From NCBI GenBank assembly GCA_016763075.1, contig JAESUM010000068.1:13051-77050 (forward strand): a stretch of 64,000 bases of DNA, read 5' to 3'. The stretch is from Pseudomonadales bacterium. GTDB lineage: Bacteria; Pseudomonadota; Gammaproteobacteria; Pseudomonadales; JAHRWD01. The notes beneath the pieces are model-generated. The model searched no databases, was not told the DNA's origin, and saw only the letters and a list, made by a program, of their open reading frames with translations. Positions within the stretch are counted from its first letter, which is position 1. Each line of letters starts with the position of its first letter. The position numbers were made by a program, and so were the translations under genes. Of this stretch, positions 10,504 through 20,029 are shown one piece after another.

Positions 10504-10602
10504 GCTCACTAGCTTCCAACCGGTCTTCTTCGAGAAGATCGGTGCTGACCCAGCTCAAAAACAGCGCGAGCTCCCTTGTGAGCTAATATGGCACTGATTC
10601 AA

Positions 10603-11412
10603 TCACCTCGCCGCCAACTCTTCTAACTCCTCCATCCAAAACATGGTCGCACCAATAACTGCTGCCGGAATCACCATTAAATTGATGAACGGTATCATGG
10701 TAAACAGCAACGTGACGGAACCAAACCCCATAGAGCTAAGCCGCCTTTGCGCCAGCAATTTTCGCAGCTCTGGCACGCTAATATTGTGATTATCGGTTGG
10801 GTAATCGCAATATTGAATGGCTAAAAACCAAGCACTAAAAAGGTACCAAAGGGGCATGGCGATGATATTCACTCCCGGAATCATCGATAGCACCAACAGC
10901 AATAATGCCCGTGGAATAAAGTAGCTTAGCTTGGATGCCTCGCGACCTAGACTGTGGGGTACACTTGCCAATACTGCTGTAATAGTTGCAGATTGGTTGG
11001 CTGCCGATGCATTTTGCGCTGTGGCATCGCTAGGAGAATGGGCAGGAAAGTGAGTAGGAGAGTGCGGAATCAACGCCTGCGAAAGTTTTTGCTCCACCCT
11101 TTCTGACAGCAAGCCATTAAAGGGTGATGCTATTAAGTTGGCGACCATGCTGAAGCTATAAAACACAAAGATCATTAGGCTAAGAAACAACAGCGGCCAA
11201 ATCACCCAACTTAGGAAGCTAAGCCAGCCGGGAATCCAGCTAAGCATTGATTCGACGGTTTGATCTATCCAGCCAAAGCCCAGCCAAATCAGGCCGCCAA
11301 ACAGCAATATGTTGAGCGCCAAGGGCACCGCTACGAAGCGACGCAGCCCAGGCTGGTTTAACATTTTGAAGCCTTTGAGCAGGTAACCTGCGCCCGTTAT
11401 AAAACCTGCCAT
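10603..11412 (-). CDS. cysZ: sulfate transporter CysZ
   Basis: 269 aa. Colinear by memory with E. coli CysZ (QPGLRRFV..PL..NILLFGG, APFNGLLSE, WFLAIQYCDYP). Carries a low-complexity insertion (HSPTHFPAHSPSDATAQNASAANQSAT). Confidence 0.8.
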   Translation of the reverse strand: MAGFITGAGYLLKGFKMLNQPGLRRFVAVPLALNILLFGGLIWLGFGWIDQTVESMLSWIPGWLSFLSWVIWPLLFLSLMIFVFYSFSMVANLIASPFNGLLSERVEQKLSQALIPHSPTHFPAHSPSDATAQNASAANQSATITAVLASVPHSLGREASKLSYFIPRALLLLVLSMIPGVNIIAMPLWYLFSAWFLAIQYCDYPTDNHNISVPELRKLLAQRRLSSMGFGSVTLLFTMIPFINLMVIPAAVIGATMFWMEELEELAAR

Positions 11413-11465
11413 AACACCCTACATTTCATATAAATTAAACACGCTAAAAAGCAGGGTGCTGGGGT

Positions 11466-12491
11466 TTATCGTATGAATTCCCAGGAACCCTGTTCATTGG
11501 CAAACCGTTTGAGCCGACCGTTGTACATCAACATGTGAAGGTGCGCGACGGCCTCACCGAGGGCCATTAAGACATCAAAGTCATTGAGTTCACGGTGTGC
11601 AAACATGATGTCTGTAACCTCCATTGCGCTTTTACTTTGTTCGCAATTATCGACAATCAATTGGCAACGTTCATGGTGATGGGCTTTAAGCTCATCGAGC
11701 CTGGTGTGCAAATTGTAGTAGGGCAGCTCATGAGAGGGTAAAACCAATACGCTGTCTGGAATATCGTAAAACTGCTCTAATGAATCTAGGAATTGTTGCA
11801 ACGGATTGCCGTTGGGCTCTTCCATTGAAACACTGATGGCCGGGGTTATTTTGGGCAGCAACATGTCGCCACCAATGATGACATCCAGCTCTTCGCAGTA
11901 GTAACTGGCGTGCTCTGGCGAATGGCCATGGCCAATTAACACGGTCCATTTACGGCCGTTGATCATGATTTCTGAATCGCTCATAACCCGATGATAAGTA
12001 AGCGGGAACTCGCCGTTCATGTTTTTGAAGAAACCTTGGATGCGGCGCATGCGCTTCATTGCATCACCGGGCACACCCAAGCTCTTATAATGGGCTTCCA
12101 TCAGTTTTGAGCTGGTTTCTGGGTCTGACATCGCACCCATCCGAGCTTGCTGCCATTCCGATTGGGTTATCCACAGCTCTACGTCCCAGTGCTCGGTTAA
12201 CCAACCTGCGGAGCCAATATGGTCTGGGTGGCAATGGGTGGCAATCACCCGCGAAACCGGTTTTCCGTCCAAGTATTTATCGAAAATTTGCTGCCAAAGG
12301 GCCGATGTTTCGTCGCTACAAACGCCCGTATCGACGATAACCCACGAGTCGTTATCTTCCAGCAGCCAAAGGTTAATGTGCTTAAGACTAAAGGGCAGCG
12401 GCATACGCAGCCAAAACACACCGTCGGCAACTTTTTTGATTTCGCCAGCTTCCGGTGCGGTTGAAAAAGGAAAATTGAGGTTTGCGGTCAT
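11466..12491 (-). CDS. MBL-fold metallo-hydrolase
   Basis: ORF 11466-12548. Preferred start MTANLNF (12491). HCHPDH metal-binding motif (ATHCHPDHIG). Confidence 0.7.
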   Translation of the reverse strand: MTANLNFPFSTAPEAGEIKKVADGVFWLRMPLPFSLKHINLWLLEDNDSWVIVDTGVCSDETSALWQQIFDKYLDGKPVSRVIATHCHPDHIGSAGWLTEHWDVELWITQSEWQQARMGAMSDPETSSKLMEAHYKSLGVPGDAMKRMRRIQGFFKNMNGEFPLTYHRVMSDSEIMINGRKWTVLIGHGHSPEHASYYCEELDVIIGGDMLLPKITPAISVSMEEPNGNPLQQFLDSLEQFYDIPDSVLVLPSHELPYYNLHTRLDELKAHHHERCQLIVDNCEQSKSAMEVTDIMFAHRELNDFDVLMALGEAVAHLHMLMYNGRLKRFANEQGSWEFIR

Positions 12492-12661
12492 GGTTATTAT
12501 TCTTATTAAGTAAATGAACCCCGCAGTATAGCAGCCTGATATATTCATGGACTCGCGGCACTTAATGGAATAAATGCTAAAAATCCACTAAAATCCGGTC
12601 GCAAGCTCATCCGCGCTAAAACGCCCGATATTCAACCAATAGGCACTAAAGAATCAGCCCT

Positions 12662-13651
12662 GTGCAACAAACCTCTCCAGATACTCTACAAAAGCAAATA
12701 TACGACGTCGCCGCTCAAGAACTCGAAGAGCTAAACCGTTGCATCGTTTCTGAACTGCATTCCGATGTTGGCATGGTCGAAGAGATCGGTCATTACATTG
12801 TAAAAGCCGGCGGCAAACGTTTGCGGCCACTGCTTGCGCTACTTTCAGCCAAGTGCTGCGGGTATCAGGGCGATATGCATATCAAATTGGCCGCCATCAT
12901 CGAATTTTTGCACACCGCTACGCTGCTTCACGACGACGTCGTCGATGTCTCTGACTTACGCCGTGGCCACGAAACCGTAAACGCCCGCTGGGGCAATGCA
13001 CCGAGCGTCTTGGTAGGCGATTTCATTTACACCCGCTCCTTCCAGCTAATGGTGAGTTTGGGTGACATGCAAATCATGAAAATTCTCGCTAAAGCATCCA
13101 ATTTGTTAGCCGAAGGCGAGGTCATGCAATTGGCCAGAGCGCGAGACGCCTCTACCGATGAAGCTCAATATTTTGAAGTGATTCGGCGTAAAACCGGCAC
13201 TCTTTTTGAGGCTGCCTCACATACTGCGGCGGTTCTTGCAGATGCCAGCGCACAACAACAAAATGCACTGCAACAGTTCGGCGCGCATTTGGGTTTGGCA
13301 TATCAGTTAGTAGATGATGTATTGGATTACGACGGCGACGAACAACAAATGGGGAAATCACTGGGGGATGATCTGGCAGAAGGCAAACCCACTTTGCCGT
13401 TGATCTACACCATGAAACACGGCAACGCTGAAGATGCCAAACTGGTCGAAAATGCCATCAACGACGGCAGCATTAACGACCTTAAACAAATCATCGCTGC
13501 GATAAACCGCTCCGGCGGTCTTGCGTATACTCGCAAGCAAGCATTCGAGCAACGCGACAAAGCCATTGAATGCATGACTGAATTTGATGACTCAGTCTAT
13601 AAAAGCGCAATGATCAACCTTGCTGAATTTTCAGTTTCGCGAGCTTACTAA
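12662..13651 (+). CDS. ispB: octaprenyl-diphosphate synthase
   Basis: 329 aa. Two Asp-rich motifs (LLHDDVVD and QLVDDVLD) of trans-polyprenyl synthases. Length and N-terminus resemble IspB. Confidence 0.85.
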   Translation: MQQTSPDTLQKQIYDVAAQELEELNRCIVSELHSDVGMVEEIGHYIVKAGGKRLRPLLALLSAKCCGYQGDMHIKLAAIIEFLHTATLLHDDVVDVSDLRRGHETVNARWGNAPSVLVGDFIYTRSFQLMVSLGDMQIMKILAKASNLLAEGEVMQLARARDASTDEAQYFEVIRRKTGTLFEAASHTAAVLADASAQQQNALQQFGAHLGLAYQLVDDVLDYDGDEQQMGKSLGDDLAEGKPTLPLIYTMKHGNAEDAKLVENAINDGSINDLKQIIAAINRSGGLAYTRKQAFEQRDKAIECMTEFDDSVYKSAMINLAEFSVSRAY

Positions 13652-13666
13652 AAAACTATCGGGAAA

Positions 13667-14326
13667 CTAGTCCGAAGCTAATAGCTTTTTCATTCCCGCT
13701 TCGAAATCTTTTTTACCTCCATAGGAAGGGTGCCGGATATAAACCACCTCTTCGTCTGGAAATATATTTTCCAGCGCAGCAACGCCTTTTCGCCCAACCC
13801 CTGCCATGGTAGTTGGACAAAATATTTCTATAAGCTCCTTTAGATAACTTGCACCTTCTTGCACTTCTTTTTTAATAGGCGCTCGGTTTTTATTCTTGCT
13901 CCCTTTGGGGAAAGGATGAAAGGGGAATGCGTTCCAGAATAACGGGTATATTTCCGAGTCATTTAATGCAGCCCACACCAAAGACGCACTATTTTCCGAA
14001 ATCACCTGCACCAGAATAATCTTACGATCAATAATTTGAAATATTCTATGTTCTTTCTGTCGTATTAACGCGCCGCTAGAAAATGGTATGCCTGTAAGAC
14101 GAGCACCTTTGTACCCTGGTGCTTCGCCTATCAACATTTTTACAGGCTTTTTATTCAACCCCTTAACTTCGTATCTTCCCTGATTCACTATATACAATAA
14201 ATATATTTTCAGATTTTCACAAAGACTTGGATTTCTATAAGGGTTGAAGACAGTTGAGCTGTTTCTTCTTTCTGAAAGACGCGATATAAACTGATCAATA
14301 CTATCTTGCTGATTAATGCCAACCAT
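13667..14326 (-). CDS. uracil-DNA-glycosylase-superfamily protein of unknown specificity
   Basis: 219 aa. UDG motif A GEAPGYKGARLTGIPF and motif B IRHPSYGG. Only two Cys, so it lacks the four-Cys Fe-S ligand set of classical family 4. The start lies 3 nt after the HK stop. AT-rich. Confidence 0.65.
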   Translation of the reverse strand: MVGINQQDSIDQFISRLSERRNSSTVFNPYRNPSLCENLKIYLLYIVNQGRYEVKGLNKKPVKMLIGEAPGYKGARLTGIPFSSGALIRQKEHRIFQIIDRKIILVQVISENSASLVWAALNDSEIYPLFWNAFPFHPFPKGSKNKNRAPIKKEVQEGASYLKELIEIFCPTTMAGVGRKGVAALENIFPDEEVVYIRHPSYGGKKDFEAGMKKLLASD

Positions 14327-14329
14327 ATT

Positions 14330-15007
14330 CTATGGCAAGAGTATTGAAAACATACCGCCGCCTTCATAATTTTCTAATCGCATTGATCCTCTAGCCTCAC
14401 CTTTTGCATGCTCAGCAGCAATACGCGATGCGAAAAATAAACCTAATTGAGTGCTGCCGGCAGAAAAATTAAAACCCTCTTTTAGGCTTTCTAAATTAGA
14501 TAACATTTTCTGTGGGTAACCCAAACCATCATCCAGCACCGAAACAACCAGCTCATCACCAACGGCGCCAGCTCTCAATATTACTTTATTATTTGCGTAT
14601 TTTACGGCGTTAATAAGAACGTTACATATAACATCTGAAATAAGCTGTTCGTCAAAAATCCAGCTTAACGATTCATCACATTCGATACTCACGTCTATAC
14701 CGCTTGCCGTGAATAATATGTCATTGTTAATTATTTGATCTTGCAGAAGATCAAATACATAACATTCTTGGTAATTTAGAACAAGCTGGTCTTGGTCAAT
14801 TCTATAAATACCCAGTAAGTGAACAAGATCATTATTAATTCGAGCCGCTTCTGCATGCAACAAAGCAAGCTGTGATTTTGACTCGCTATCTTTTGCTAAC
14901 TCCGATTGATCGAGCTGCTCTACAGTAGATAACAACATTCCAACCGAGTTCTTCATATCATGTACGGCAGATGCTAGCAATAGAGAAAAATCTAATGTTG
15001 ATTTCAT
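14330..15007 (-). CDS. sensor-less histidine kinase core (HisKA + HATPase)
   Basis: 225 aa. H-box SAVHDMKNSVG, N-box NVLINAVKYANN, DDGLGYP (G1), GSTQLGLFFA (G2). No TM or sensor domain. Confidence 0.75.
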   Translation of the reverse strand: MKSTLDFSLLLASAVHDMKNSVGMLLSTVEQLDQSELAKDSESKSQLALLHAEAARINNDLVHLLGIYRIDQDQLVLNYQECYVFDLLQDQIINNDILFTASGIDVSIECDESLSWIFDEQLISDVICNVLINAVKYANNKVILRAGAVGDELVVSVLDDGLGYPQKMLSNLESLKEGFNFSAGSTQLGLFFASRIAAEHAKGEARGSMRLENYEGGGMFSILLP

Positions 15008-15026
15008 CGTTAAATAGTCTCTTGAG

Positions 15027-16670
15027 TTAGAATCGATTAATTTGGCTTTCTAATTTTTTGTAACGTCCGTACAAACGATTATCTTCAGCGATATGATCAA
15101 TTCTTTTCAAACTAATTTTGCAACGTTCAATTTCATCAGCTTCCATTCGTTTGTCTTCTGAACTTTTAACTAATGCAAAAACCATATTGATATTTAGCGC
15201 AATGTTATTTGGAAATAGCACCAATCCACGAGAAAAGAAATCCGCCGCTTCGGTATACTGTTTTTGATCAAACAGGGTCTTACCTTCTTTGTTTAACGTG
15301 ATCGCGTTCTGCTTGCCTTCTTTTGTTAGAGGCTCATCAGAAAGTTTATCTAATTGCTGAGCGATTTTTTCGTCACAGCCGTCTCGGCTGGCGATCTCTC
15401 GAAGGATGCCTTGAGCCTCATCATTATCCCCAACAGCCAATAATGTTTTAGCCATTTCCAACATTACCTCCGGCGAAGTTTCAGCACCCTCAATACTGTC
15501 CATCTTTTTGTACAGTACGGCTGCGCTATCCATCATGCTTTTTGCTTTGTCTGCTTGATCACTACTTGCGTAAACTTGCGACTCAACCAATTTTGACTGA
15601 AGCGTTACTTGTGGATTATTCGGATACCTTCGCTCGACCTTTTTAAGTACCGTTTGCGCTTCAATCATTTGTTTCTTATCTTTGACCTCGCTTGAATCTA
15701 TTAGCACCGATAACGAACGTGCATAACCAAGATAATTTTCTGGTTCTTCGTAACAGGAGTGGGGGCTTAGTTTTACAATCGACTTGTGTGCTTTAACCGC
15801 GGTTTCTAAATCGCCGCAGGTTTCGCTTAAGTCCGCGTAAGCCTTTTGCCTTAGAATTGCGTGGGGCGATATTTGTAACGCTTGCTCCAAGGTTTCTTGC
15901 GCTTCTTTATTTTCTTGTTTTTTCTGTAAAATTTCTGCAAGACAATCATAGATTTCCATGCAGTTACAGCCAGCGCTAATCAAACGTCTAAATATTTTCT
16001 CGGACGACTCCAAATCATCCATTAACAAAAGTACTTTACCTAACCCGATGGTTGCCCATTCAATCGGCCGGTCTGTGATCACTTTTTTATACAGCTTGCA
16101 AGCATGTGCGTACTGAGCCGTACTTACATACAAACCTGCTAGCTTTCTAATTAGCAGTGTTTTGTATTTGCTGCCGCCTTGCAATTGCTCAATGCAAAGC
16201 TTGATGCCGGTTTCATATTCTTTTTTATCGATGGCATCATTGATATCCCGTATCGACTCTTTTTCTAGCATGATTCGGTCAAGACGGCTGCGTAACGCAT
16301 TTTGCGTAAACGGCTTGGTTATGTATCCATCGGGCTGGTATTCAAGTGCGCTGAACACCATGTCGCGGGTCGCCTCCGCTGTGATCATGATGTACATGCT
16401 GGTATTTTTCAGAAGATTCCTATACCGCAATTCTTCCAATATTTGCTGGCCGTTTTTGCTGATATCGCCCAGGTTATAATCTGCAAAAATAATGTCGTAT
16501 TCGTTAAATTCACATTTGCTTATAGCTTCGTCACCATTTGAGGCGGTATCGACAGATTCGGCTCCAAACAGCATGACGGCGCGGCGGATGAATCCGCGCA
16601 TCTCTGGGAAATCGTCTATCACCAGGCATTTCTTGCTGGCGTAGATCTTGATGATGTCTATTTGACGCAT
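15027..16670 (-). CDS. response regulator: receiver domain + TPR-like helical-repeat output
   Basis: 547 aa. REC residues are intact (VIDD, FADYNLGD, IMITAE, YITKPF). About 400 aa of TPR-like repeats follow. No DNA-binding or enzymatic domain recognised. Confidence 0.7.
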   Translation of the reverse strand: MRQIDIIKIYASKKCLVIDDFPEMRGFIRRAVMLFGAESVDTASNGDEAISKCEFNEYDIIFADYNLGDISKNGQQILEELRYRNLLKNTSMYIMITAEATRDMVFSALEYQPDGYITKPFTQNALRSRLDRIMLEKESIRDINDAIDKKEYETGIKLCIEQLQGGSKYKTLLIRKLAGLYVSTAQYAHACKLYKKVITDRPIEWATIGLGKVLLLMDDLESSEKIFRRLISAGCNCMEIYDCLAEILQKKQENKEAQETLEQALQISPHAILRQKAYADLSETCGDLETAVKAHKSIVKLSPHSCYEEPENYLGYARSLSVLIDSSEVKDKKQMIEAQTVLKKVERRYPNNPQVTLQSKLVESQVYASSDQADKAKSMMDSAAVLYKKMDSIEGAETSPEVMLEMAKTLLAVGDNDEAQGILREIASRDGCDEKIAQQLDKLSDEPLTKEGKQNAITLNKEGKTLFDQKQYTEAADFFSRGLVLFPNNIALNINMVFALVKSSEDKRMEADEIERCKISLKRIDHIAEDNRLYGRYKKLESQINRF

Positions 16671-16883
16671 AAATACTTGTACTAGTTAAGTTCCATTTTT
16701 ACCCGCAGGCACACGCCTTTAATAGTAGTTGGTTTTGCTTTATTCACCTGGTAATTTACATCGAAGACATAGGCTTTTTACATTGCTGTGGTGCCACCAC
16801 ACCACAGCCGTTAACGCCTTTGGTAGCGGCTAATTCGGCCTCATATCCTACCCCTTTACTCACATATGTAACTCGCCCTAATT

Positions 16884-16899
16884 TGGCGCTAAATATGCG
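16884..16899 (+). promoter_or_regulatory. candidate sigma-54 (-24/-12) promoter upstream of gcvT
   Basis: TGGCGC-TAAAT-ATGCG versus consensus TGGCAC-N5-TTGCW. GG and GC have the correct 12-nt register. Lies about 60 nt upstream of the gcvT ATG. Pattern match only. Confidence 0.3.
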
Positions 16900-16959
16900 T
16901 GAATATCACAGCCAAAAAGGCTAAAATGCGCCGCATAAATATCAGGCATAATTAGGCAT

Positions 16960-18042
16960 ATGGGCAACAAAACTATTTTATACACCCAGCACGTAGAAGC
17001 TGGCGGTAAAATCGTCGATTTCGGCGGTTGGGATATGCCTTTGCATTACGGATCTCAGATCGAAGAACACAAACAAGTGCGCGATTCTGCCGGGATGTTT
17101 GATGTATCGCACATGACCATTGTCGATATCGAAGGCAGCGATGCCAAAACGTATCTTCAACGGCTATTGGCCAACGATGTTAATCGTTTAAGCTCCCCCG
17201 GGCGCGCCCTGTACACCGCTATGCTAAACGAGCAAGGCGGTATTATTGACGACCTGATTGTCTACCTCACTGAGACTGGCTACCGGCTGGTAGTGAACTG
17301 CGGCACCCGCGAAAAAGACCTAGCCTGGATGGAGCAGCAAAGCCCTGGCTTCAATGTGAATATTATTGAGCGCCCGGAGCTCGCAATCATTGCGGTTCAA
17401 GGGCCCGACTCACTGCGCAAGCTCATCAAAGTGCTCGACCCACAAAGAGCTGCTTTAGTAGCGCGGCTCAAGACTTTTCAGGGGCTGCCCGTCGCTGGCT
17501 GGTTTATTGGCCGCACTGGCTATACTGGCGAAGATGGCGTCGAGATCATTTTGCCCCAGGAGCAAGCCGTTGAATTGTGGCAAGCATTGGTAGAAGGAGG
17601 CGTGGCTCCCGCCGGTTTAGGTGCCAGAGACACATTAAGACTTGAAGCCGGGTTCAACTTGTATGGCTCCGACATGGACGAGTCGATCACACCCTTTGAA
17701 GCCAATATGGCCTGGACCATTTCATGGACCAATGAAACCCGTGATTTTATCGGTCGCGGCACGCTACAAACCATTCGTGCCGACCAATCCCAACAATTCA
17801 AATTGGTAGGGTTAGTTATGACTGAGCGCGGCGTTTTGCGCGGCCATCAAAAGGTCATTACAGCGCACGGTGAAGGCGAGATCACCAGCGGAACCTTTTC
17901 TCCGACGCTGGGCTATTCTATTGCCTTTGCTAGAGTCCCGGTAGACGCTGAAGAAAATTGCCAGGTAGAGATACGTAACAAGCTGATTGAGGTTAAAATG
18001 GTCAAATTGCCATTTGTACGTCACGGCAAAAAAGTATTTTAG
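16960..18042 (+). CDS. gcvT: glycine cleavage system aminomethyltransferase T
   Basis: 360 aa. The N-terminus ...[31 protein letters not shown] is typical of GcvT. Confidence 0.9.
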   Translation: MGNKTILYTQHVEAGGKIVDFGGWDMPLHYGSQIEEHKQVRDSAGMFDVSHMTIVDIEGSDAKTYLQRLLANDVNRLSSPGRALYTAMLNEQGGIIDDLIVYLTETGYRLVVNCGTREKDLAWMEQQSPGFNVNIIERPELAIIAVQGPDSLRKLIKVLDPQRAALVARLKTFQGLPVAGWFIGRTGYTGEDGVEIILPQEQAVELWQALVEGGVAPAGLGARDTLRLEAGFNLYGSDMDESITPFEANMAWTISWTNETRDFIGRGTLQTIRADQSQQFKLVGLVMTERGVLRGHQKVITAHGEGEITSGTFSPTLGYSIAFARVPVDAEENCQVEIRNKLIEVKMVKLPFVRHGKKVF

Positions 18043-18130
18043 CGGGCTATATTGCACTGCAAACACACCGCAAAAAAACTAGATACATCCCGATCAACCC
18101 TAGCCAGACCAGATAAACCGAGGAATCCCA

Positions 18131-18526
18131 ATGAGTAATTTGCCCGACAACATTAAGTATCTTTCCAGCCACGAATGGGCTCGATTAGAAGCAGATGGCA
18201 CCGTAACGGTTGGGATTACCGATCACGCGCAAGATCAACTTGGCGATGTGGTTTATGTCGAGCTACCCGACAAAGCCACCGCATTTGCCGCCGGTGATGA
18301 ATCTGCGGTTGTTGAGTCTGTAAAGGCAGCCTCTGATATTTATGCGCCGGTTAGCGGCGAAATTATCGCCTCCAATCCAGAGCTTGATATCAAACCTGAG
18401 TTGGTCAATACCGACCCTTACGGCGCAGGCTGGTTCTACAAAATACAGCCCAGCGACGTGTCTGAACTAGAAAACTTACTGGATGCTGCAGGCTACCAAG
18501 CAACCGTCGACGCAGACGCGCAATAA
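18131..18526 (+). CDS. gcvH: glycine cleavage system lipoyl carrier protein H
   Basis: 131 aa. Lipoyl-lysine motif ESVKAASD. The YSSHEWAR N-terminus is typical of GcvH. Confidence 0.9.
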   Translation: MSNLPDNIKYLSSHEWARLEADGTVTVGITDHAQDQLGDVVYVELPDKATAFAAGDESAVVESVKAASDIYAPVSGEIIASNPELDIKPELVNTDPYGAGWFYKIQPSDVSELENLLDAAGYQATVDADAQ

Positions 18527-18531
18527 CCAAA

Positions 18532-18553
18532 CAGCCCGAGCTTCATCGGGCTG
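18532..18553 (+). terminator. hairpin after gcvH (weak terminator/attenuator)
   Basis: CAGCCCGA-gcttca-TCGGGCTG, an 8-bp perfect stem. Only a weak T tract follows. Confidence 0.35.
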
Positions 18554-18625
18554 CTTCATACCCCTTGTCCGAATTTGCCTGAGTAACACTCAAGCGCTAT
18601 AAACCCGTCACCCCGGAGGGCTTGA

Positions 18626-20029
18626 GTGCCTTTTATTCCACACACTGAAGAAGAAATTGCCGAGATGCTCGGCGTCATTGGCGTTGAGCAAATTGATGAT
18701 TTGTTCGATGAAGTACCGCAAGAAATTCAAGCTCCACCGCTCAATGGCATTAACCTCGGCATCAACGAAATGCAGATGCTGCGCCAACTACGTGATCGCG
18801 CAAACCAGGATGACGGGGTACTTTGTTTTGCCGGTGCCGGTGCCTATCAGCACCATATTCCTGCAGCGGTTTGGGATATCACCAGCCGTGGCGAATTCAT
18901 GACGGCCTACACGCCGTACCAGGCTGAAGCCAGCCAGGGCACCCTACAGTTGGTTTATGAATTCCAATCGATGATCACTCAATTGATGTCGATGGAGGTT
19001 GCCAATGCTTCCCTTTACGACGGCGCAACCGCCGTTGCCGAAGCCGCTTTAATGGCGATTCGCGCTAACCGTAAATCCAAATCTCGCAAGTTATTGGTAG
19101 CCTCTAGCCTGCACCCGCTGTACCGCGACGTACTGACAGCCATTTTGGTGAACCAGAAAATAGAACTGATCGAAATACCCTTCGGCAACGATGGCATTAT
19201 CGAGCTCAGCCAGCTTGATGAATTTACAGGCCAAGACTACGCCGCGCTTATTATCCCGCAGCCCAACTTTTTTGGGCGGCTCGAAAGCGTTGACCAACTC
19301 ACCGATTGGGCCCACGACAACGGCCAACTCGTCATCGCCGTGGTAAACCCAACCGCAATGGCATTACTCACGCCGCCAGGCGAATGGGGCGAGCAGGGCG
19401 CAGATATCGCCGTTGGCGAAGGCCAACCCTTGGGCGTTCCGGTGGCATCCGGCGGCCCTTATGTTGGTTTTATGTGCTGTAAACAAAAAATCGTCCGGCA
19501 AATGCCTGGCCGCATTATCGGCCAAACCGTTGATAACGAAGGCAATATTGGCTACACACTTACCCTGCAAGCGCGCGAGCAACATATTCGGCGCTCCAAA
19601 GCGACTTCTAACATCTGCACCAACGAAGGTTTATTGGTCACCGCTGCCACCATTTATATGAGCCTATTAGGCTACCAGGGCCTTCGCGATGTCGCGCTTA
19701 CCAGCCATGCCAATACTCGCTCACTGGTTAATAAACTTTGCGCTATTGACGGAGTCGAGCAGGTCTTCGACGGGCCATTCTTCCACGAAGCCGCTATCCG
19801 TTTGCCCTGCTGTGCAGACACTGTTTTAACCCAACTGGCAGATCAAAAAATCCTTGGTGGTTATGCACTACAAGGCGACTATCCTGCGCTGGGCAATACC
19901 TCTGCTCCGAGCAATACTCCGTCGTTAAGCAATACGATTTTAGTATGCGCCACAGAGATTAAAACTGAGCAAGATTTACAGCGCTTCGCTACTGCTCTCC
20001 AGCAATGCCTGTTGGAGGCCACATCATGA
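18626..20029 (+). CDS. gcvPA: glycine dehydrogenase (decarboxylating) subunit 1
   Basis: 467 aa, two-subunit P-protein type. Its stop overlaps the gcvPB ATG (ATGA at 20026-20029). Confidence 0.9.
   Translation: MPFIPHTEEEIAEMLGVIGVEQIDDLFDEVPQEIQAPPLNGINLGINEMQMLRQLRDRANQDDGVLCFAGAGAYQHHIPAAVWDITSRGEFMTAYTPYQAEASQGTLQLVYEFQSMITQLMSMEVANASLYDGATAVAEAALMAIRANRKSKSRKLLVASSLHPLYRDVLTAILVNQKIELIEIPFGNDGIIELSQLDEFTGQDYAALIIPQPNFFGRLESVDQLTDWAHDNGQLVIAVVNPTAMALLTPPGEWGEQGADIAVGEGQPLGVPVASGGPYVGFMCCKQKIVRQMPGRIIGQTVDNEGNIGYTLTLQAREQHIRRSKATSNICTNEGLLVTAATIYMSLLGYQGLRDVALTSHANTRSLVNKLCAIDGVEQVFDGPFFHEAAIRLPCCADTVLTQLADQKILGGYALQGDYPALGNTSAPSNTPSLSNTILVCATEIKTEQDLQRFATALQQCLLEATS

Noticed and set aside
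16671-16959. Glycine riboswitch upstream of gcvT
   Set aside because: I expected one by analogy with Vibrio and Bacillus. I could not find the conserved GGAGAG...CACCGAAGGGGCAA-type cores on either strand. A covariance-model scan would be needed to exclude it formally.
20005-20025. The upstream ATG (MPVGGHI...) as the gcvPB start
   Set aside because: ATG 20026 gives the family-typical N-terminus ([11 protein letters not shown]) and a 4-nt ATGA overlap with the gcvPA stop. The upstream ATG lies inside gcvPA.
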